DNA of 63,546 bases, counting the filler, from Licmophora abbreviata (taxonomy: Eukaryota): the NCBI GenBank assembly GCA_900291995.1. It is 11 parts of 11 records of this genome, joined end to end, with 100 filler letters (N's around TTAATTAATTAA, not from the genome) between each part and the next. Parts side by side here need not be neighbours in the genome. Positions count along the whole stretch, not along the records: positions 56,679 to 62,233 come from OLMU01002716.1; positions 62,334 to 63,546 come from OLMU01002718.1; 9 more parts are not named here. One strand, given 5' to 3'. This document shows positions 58,462 through 63,546 of this stretch, one piece after another. Each line of letters begins with the position of its first letter. The stretch's first letter is position 1. The position numbers were made by a program, and so were the translations under genes. A model generated the notes under the pieces. That model searched no databases. It saw only the letters and a list, made by a program, of their open reading frames with translations, and was not told the origin of the DNA.

Positions 58462-60235
58462 ATGAGGTTCCTCCATTTGATTCGCCCCGTCATGTGCGTC
58501 CTCCCGGAGGTCGCCAGTCCAGATCGTAAGGTGAGGATAGATCTCGTGTCTTGAAAGAATGAACGAAAGCAAAGTGCTTCGAGAGAAAACCGACCCATCG
58601 CGTCAAGGTCATTGTCACAGAGGCCCAACTCTCTCGAGGGTATCCTGAGCCTCACGATTTTCTACACGGATTTCAGTACTGGAGGGACTCAGGATTTGAA
58701 TATCTCCACGTGACTGAAAAGTATCAAAGGGAGAGCCCGGGTATCATCGTTTGTCTGGTACAATACTATACCTTCAACCTGGTAGTCTACTTTTCCGACC
58801 GTCAGGTCGTAGTACCTGGTACCACTAATCAATGAGATTGACTTGCTTATTATCATGATGCTCTTCGTTTCCTCTCTACTGCCAGATTCCGTTCCGAGAG
58901 AAGCTTCTGTGGACGACAATTACGCTCTTCATCTTCTTGGTTTGCTGCCAGATCCCCATCTACGGTGTTCAGAGCGCCAAGTCCTCCGATCCCTTCTACT
59001 GGATGCGCGTTATTCTCGCCTCCAACCGTGGCACACTCATGGAGCTTGGAATCAGTCCCATCGTCACGTCCGGCATGGTTATGCAGCTACTCGCTGGCTC
59101 TCGAATCATCCAAGTCGACCTCAGCGTCAAGGAAGATCGCGCCTTGTTCGCCGGCGCCCAGAAGCTCTTTGGCTTGCTCATCACCATCGGCGAAGCCGTT
59201 GCCTACGTTATCAGCGGCATGTATGGTGATCTCGGAAGCATTGGAGCTGGTAACGCCATTCTCATCATCGCCCAGCTCTTTTGCGCCGGACTCATTGTGC
59301 TCACCTTGGACGAGTTGCTCCAGAAGGGATACGGACTCGGCTCGGGTATCTCCCTCTTCATCGCCACCAACATTTGCGAAACGATCATCTGGAAGGCATT
59401 CAGTCCTACTACCCTCAACACTGGTCGTGGAACCGAATTCGAGGGAGCCATCATTGCCTTGTTCCATCTCTTGATTACCCGCAGCAACAAGGTCCAAGCC
59501 TTGAAGGAAGCGCTCTATCGCCAGAACCTTCCCAACTTGACCAACCTTTTCGCCACCGTCTTGGTCTTTGTCATTGTCATTTACTTTCAAGGATGGAAGG
59601 TCAATCTGCCCGTCAAGTACCAAAAATATCGCGGACAGGAAGGAACCTACCCCATCAAGCTCTTTTACACCTCCAATATGCCCATTATTCTTCAAACGGC
59701 GCTCGTGTCGAATTTGTACTTTGTCTCCCAGCTCTTGTACAACCGTGCCCCTACCAATGTCCTAGTGCGCTTGCTCGGAAAGTGGCAAGAAGTCGAGGGT
59801 GGTCCGGGGCAAAAGATTCCCGTCGGTGGCATTGCCTACTACATTTCGCCTCCCCGCAGTTTCGCTGAAATCATTTACGATCCCTTTCATGCTGTGTTCT
59901 ACTTGATTTTCATCTTGACGGCATGCGCCTTGTTTTCCAAGACGTGGATTGAAATCAGTGGCGCGTCTCCACGTGATGTCGCGAAGCAGCTTCGCGACAA
60001 CCAAATGATCATGAAGGGACATCGCGACAGTGCCTTGATTCATGTCTTGAATCGTTACATTCCTACGGCTGCTGCCTTTGGTGGCATGTGTATTGGTGCA
60101 CTCACGGTTATCGCGGATTTCATGGGAGCGATCGGAACAGGAACAGGTATCTTGTTGGCTGTCACTATTATCTACCAGTTCTATGAAGCATTTGTCAATG
60201 AGCAGAAGCAAGGCATGGGTGCATTTGGATATTAA
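58462..60235 (+). CDS. SEC61A: Protein transport protein SEC61 subunit alpha; exons 58462-58530 and 58886-60235
   Basis: Exon 1, missed by the ORF track, encodes [23 protein letters not shown]. Exon 2 encodes [10 protein letters not shown]...[17 protein letters not shown]...[16 protein letters not shown]...[12 protein letters not shown]. Confidence 0.97.
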
Positions 60236-60746
60236 TTGGTTGTGTGTGCGATGGAGCTGTTCGAGTTTTTTTATTGGGTTGGAAGTGTGTGAGTGTTGTA
60301 GGATCAAGGGACTCACGTGCACAGGCACAAGACACGGTCGCGTCAAGGAAGTAGCGTTGGAGGTGCATCTATGGTCGGTCCGTACGGATCGGTGGTGGTT
60401 CGTCGTCATGAGCATATGTCTAGAGTATACATGTTCTTGACCGCGTCATCACTCCTGTCTGTGGTGTGGAAATCGCACGTGAGATGGGAAGCTGTGGGCA
60501 CAACGCCGCCACTGTCGTCTATGTGCTGGTGTGAGTGGGAAACGAGATCTTGCCGATTCAAGCGGTGGGATAAAGGAATCTAGGCTGCAGTAAGAGAATA
60601 TCAGTCGAGCAGTTTCGTGGCACGTCGTTTTCCTATCACATAGCATAGTCGTTTAGACTACTATCGGTACCGGCGGTATGTTTAATTTTTCGTTCCATTC
60701 ATCAGTGAGACGACAGTCGATGAATCTTCTGGTCCCATTGTAACGG

Positions 60747-62009
60747 CTAGTGATGGGGCGCTTGCAATGCGCGAACTCGCTGGCACAATTCTCTGTTCGC
60801 CGCCACGTCGATGCCGAGTTCCGTTCCTTTCCGCACGACGTAGCCATTCAAGTAGTCGATTTCGGTTTCCTTCTCGCGCAACACATCTTGCAGCATGGAC
60901 GACTTGTTGGGCGCCGTATCGTGAATGACTTGACTTACAAACGTTGAAAGCGAAGCGGTGGAGAGTTGTTGAATCGCTGCGGTTGTTCCATCTATGTCTC
61001 GCATCGACTCCGTGGCGACTGCGGAAATCTCCGCAATGATTCGTTGTTGAAAGTCATGGTACAATGCCTGCTCCAGTATGTCTCCATTGGAGCATTGTAA
61101 CAAGGCGGTAAGCGGATTGATGATACAGTTGGCGGCAAGCTTTTGCCATAGTAGCAGCTCCATGTCCCGGGACGAAAGAGAAGTACATGTGAGTCCCGAT
61201 TGATCCAAGAGCTGGGCAAGTTTCGGCTGGTCTTCCACATAGGTTTTGCCGACGCCGGCATGTACGACGTGGTACAAGTCGTTCGTGTCGTCGTCATCGT
61301 CGTTGTTGGGATGAATGGGTTCTTCTTCGTCGTCACGGTAAGCCCCGTGCGTCGTCGATGACAAGATGAGCTGAAAGTCGGGGCGAATGGCGAGCGAGGT
61401 GCTGTCACTATGGCATTTGTTTTCCTTTTGGATAAGGTGGCGTTGTATTTCGTCCCGCACAGCCATTGCCCCGTTGCACAGGACGACGATACGAGTGACG
61501 GAGGTTTGAGTACTGCTGGCAAAGCGTGGCAAGACGGAGTGCAATGCATTGACGGCATCAGAAGCCTTGGTAGTCAACAACAGGTTTTGAATAATTTTGG
61601 TTCGTGAATCGTCAGAGTGAATCAGCTCAGCGGGCAATCGAACCAGACGAGGAGCAGTCAGTCTTCTTCGTCGTCTTCGTTCTAGTCGAGTTGCATCTTG
61701 GCCTATCGACTGTGTTGTTTCGACCGCCGCCGACTGCGTTGAAACTTCCATGTACTTCTTGCGGCTGCGAAGCTCAAGTCTTTGAAGGCGTGGCTCGTGG
61801 TGGGCTCGGAGGAGCATGGTCAAGGGATAAGACGGAAATGCCATGCGAATCGACGACGCGAAGAGCAAGCCGATCGAGCCGCTACCGAGAATGTGCAGGG
61901 GCTCCATCAACGGTAATCCTTGAACTTGAGCCTTTCTGGCATTGTTTGTCGACAAACGTCTCATACCTCGTGAACTCCTCATATAGAGAGGGACGAGGTG
62001 GTGTTTCAT
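60747..62009 (-). CDS. panE: 2-dehydropantoate 2-reductase (ketopantoate reductase, PanE/ApbA family), possible mitochondrial presequence
   Basis: Motifs HILGSGSIG, LLLTTKA, VVLCNG, WQKLAANCIINPLTAL, NKSSMLQDV and TEIDYLNGYV. The N-terminus is Arg/Ser-rich; the start is uncertain. Confidence 0.88.
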   Translation of the reverse strand: MKHHLVPLYMRSSRGMRRLSTNNARKAQVQGLPLMEPLHILGSGSIGLLFASSIRMAFPSYPLTMLLRAHHEPRLQRLELRSRKKYMEVSTQSAAVETTQSIGQDATRLERRRRRRLTAPRLVRLPAELIHSDDSRTKIIQNLLLTTKASDAVNALHSVLPRFASSTQTSVTRIVVLCNGAMAVRDEIQRHLIQKENKCHSDSTSLAIRPDFQLILSSTTHGAYRDDEEEPIHPNNDDDDDTNDLYHVVHAGVGKTYVEDQPKLAQLLDQSGLTCTSLSSRDMELLLWQKLAANCIINPLTALLQCSNGDILEQALYHDFQQRIIAEISAVATESMRDIDGTTAAIQQLSTASLSTFVSQVIHDTAPNKSSMLQDVLREKETEIDYLNGYVVRKGTELGIDVAANRELCQRVRALQAPHH

Positions 62010-62335
62010 ATGCACGAAATGTCTTGCAAGAACGTGAATGGACTCACTCAGGGCCGTCGTTGGCCTCCCATGGTCGTCGTCGTCATTCTGACACAATTTA
62101 GAATTGATGAAAATGTCATGACAGAACCGCGAGGATGCCTCCAATTCCACCACCGGAGTGACGGACGGACGGAGAACAGTCGAGTGAGTCCTGATGCGTG
62201 GATTCTACACAAAATTTTGCAGTACAAAATTCGNNNNNNNNNNNNNNNNNNNNNNNNNNNNNNNNNNNNNNNNNNNNTTAATTAATTAANNNNNNNNNNN
62301 NNNNNNNNNNNNNNNNNNNNNNNNNNNNNNNNNCG

Positions 62336-63546
62336 TCCATTTGGGGCGAGACAGCTGCTGAACTTCGACTCGATGATTTTAGTAGTGAGTTCTGTGAAGA
62401 TAACAAACTTTATCTCAAGCAGATTGAGCCTGGTGGGAATACTTCATCACAGCGCTCTCTGCTTAAGCTTGATGCTATGGTGGAAAATAAACTTATCGAT
62501 TCTTTCTACGGCAGAGATCAGATGGCGCCTGTGGAGGACCCGAACGATGATATTTCCTTCAGAGATGGCCACTACGACGATCTCAGCATACGTTGGGAGA
62601 ATCGAAGTCGATTGACCGATGGATCCAGAAATGAGCATATTCAATATGACGCTCCAGAGGTCAGATCAACACTTCCAGTATATCAACCTGTTGCTGCTTC
62701 TCACGACGATGTAGGCGATAGTTCATCTGTTTCAGAGTCAAGCATAGGCTCCGCCTCACCTTCAACCCAGAACGAAACCAACGAGCAAAGCACTTTTGTC
62801 TCTGGGAGGACAAGCAGCGTTTTGACACCGAGTCTGTTGACCGAGAGGACAGACTCTTCCGGGTGTATCTTAAAGGAGGATACATGCACTCTATCACCGG
62901 TGCTTGACAACGCCTTTGACGTTGAAACTGTGTCCGGGCACTCTTCATACGATTCAGATCATCGTGGTAATCTCAGCGATCGATCCCAGATATCGTTTCG
63001 AGTTTCAGTGCCAGCGTCCCCCGAGGGAAATGCGATTTCTTCATCCAGATATCATACGATGCGAGCCTCTCCTGCCGGCAGTTCCGAGGGATCCATGTAC
63101 TCAAGTGGCCACTCGCTGGAAGAGAGCTTACAGAATAGCTCTGGACCTTCATCGGATCTAGAAAATTCACACGAACACTGGCGAACCTCCGACGCTGCCA
63201 AGAGCGGTACATACGGGAACTGCCTATCAGGAAGTTCCTACGAAAGTGATACCAGAAACCAGCAAGAGTCGATTCACGACACGAAAAGCCTTAACAGCCA
63301 AACCACTTATAGTTCGAAGTCGTTGGATGAGCGAGCAGTTGATGCGGAGGGAGAAGGCATCACTTCTCCCATCGCATATGTCATTGAGCGCGAGTCTTAC
63401 GGGGAAAGCAATGGAGACTCTCATCAGACATCAGAATACCAGTCTGGCTACTCGGCGGATGAAACACTCCCAATTCAAAATCTTGCTGAGGAGGTTGAAT
63501 CGCCTCGCGACAACTTTTACTTGGGCGCGTATTCGAGCTACTCAGA
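62336..63546 (+). CDS. Fragment of a large Ser/acidic-rich, probably disordered protein (open at both ends)
   Basis: My translation shows about 403 uninterrupted codons from the gap to the window end (SIWGETAAELRLDDFSSEF...DNFYLGAYSSYS). It is absent from the ORF track because it has no stop. Confidence 0.7.

Larger units (their letters stand above)
12554..62333. other. Ten artificial 100-nt scaffold linkers (44N + TTAATTAATTAA + 44N) at 12554, 13860, 22701, 29818, 36603, 44184, 50621, 53363, 56579 and 62234
   Basis: All ten spacers have an identical structure and carry stop codons in all six frames. Some flanks overlap (22683-22700 = 22801-22818; 50592-50620 = 50721-50749). Confidence 0.97.

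Noticed and set aside
12554..62333. Regularly recurring TTAATTAATTAA palindrome flanked by Ns, resembling a repeat family or array
   Set aside because: All ten are identical 100-nt artificial scaffold spacers with six-frame stops, so they are not biological. ORF-track entries ending in X..LIN are artefacts of them.
1..63546. Prokaryotic operon, defence system, CRISPR array, tRNA/rRNA or mobile element
   Set aside because: Spliceosomal introns and eukaryote-specific genes occur throughout. No repeat-spacer array, cloverleaf, rRNA-like tract, or transposase/RT/integrase motif was seen.

Overview
Gene-dense eukaryotic nuclear DNA, most likely from a diatom (stramenopile). The evidence is short GT-AG introns of about 80-190 nt, signal peptides followed by an ASAFAP-like motif (complex-plastid targeting), short intergenic spacers and an HSF-type transcription factor. 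About 29 protein-coding genes are supported; no rRNA, tRNA, CRISPR array or transposon was seen. The scaffold is stitched by ten artificial 100-nt linkers (44N-TTAATTAATTAA-44N) and carries several probable small-indel artefacts. Recognisable genes include KLHDC4-like, cytosolic-type AspRS, MDP-1, F-box/RCC1, theta GST, WD40, Patched/Dispatched-like, HSF, SLX1, RIO1, an FAD oxidoreductase, SCC2/NIPBL, LURP-one, a CCCH protein, SEC61 alpha and ketopantoate reductase. The most notable observations are: (1) a bacterial-type type III pantothenate kinase (CoaX) domain fused to two Tudor-like domains with a basic NLS-like linker; (2) a spliced in-frame fusion of methylthioribose-1-phosphate isomerase and methylthioribose kinase (about 830 aa); (3) a soluble PH-ankyrin-degenerate FYVE-R-SNARE protein; (4) a ~2100-aa membrane-anchored protein ending in a GxSxG hydrolase; (5) an AspRS with a possible alternative mitochondrial presequence; (6) a PHD finger inside SCC2. 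All family calls come from motif recognition by eye; no database searches were run.
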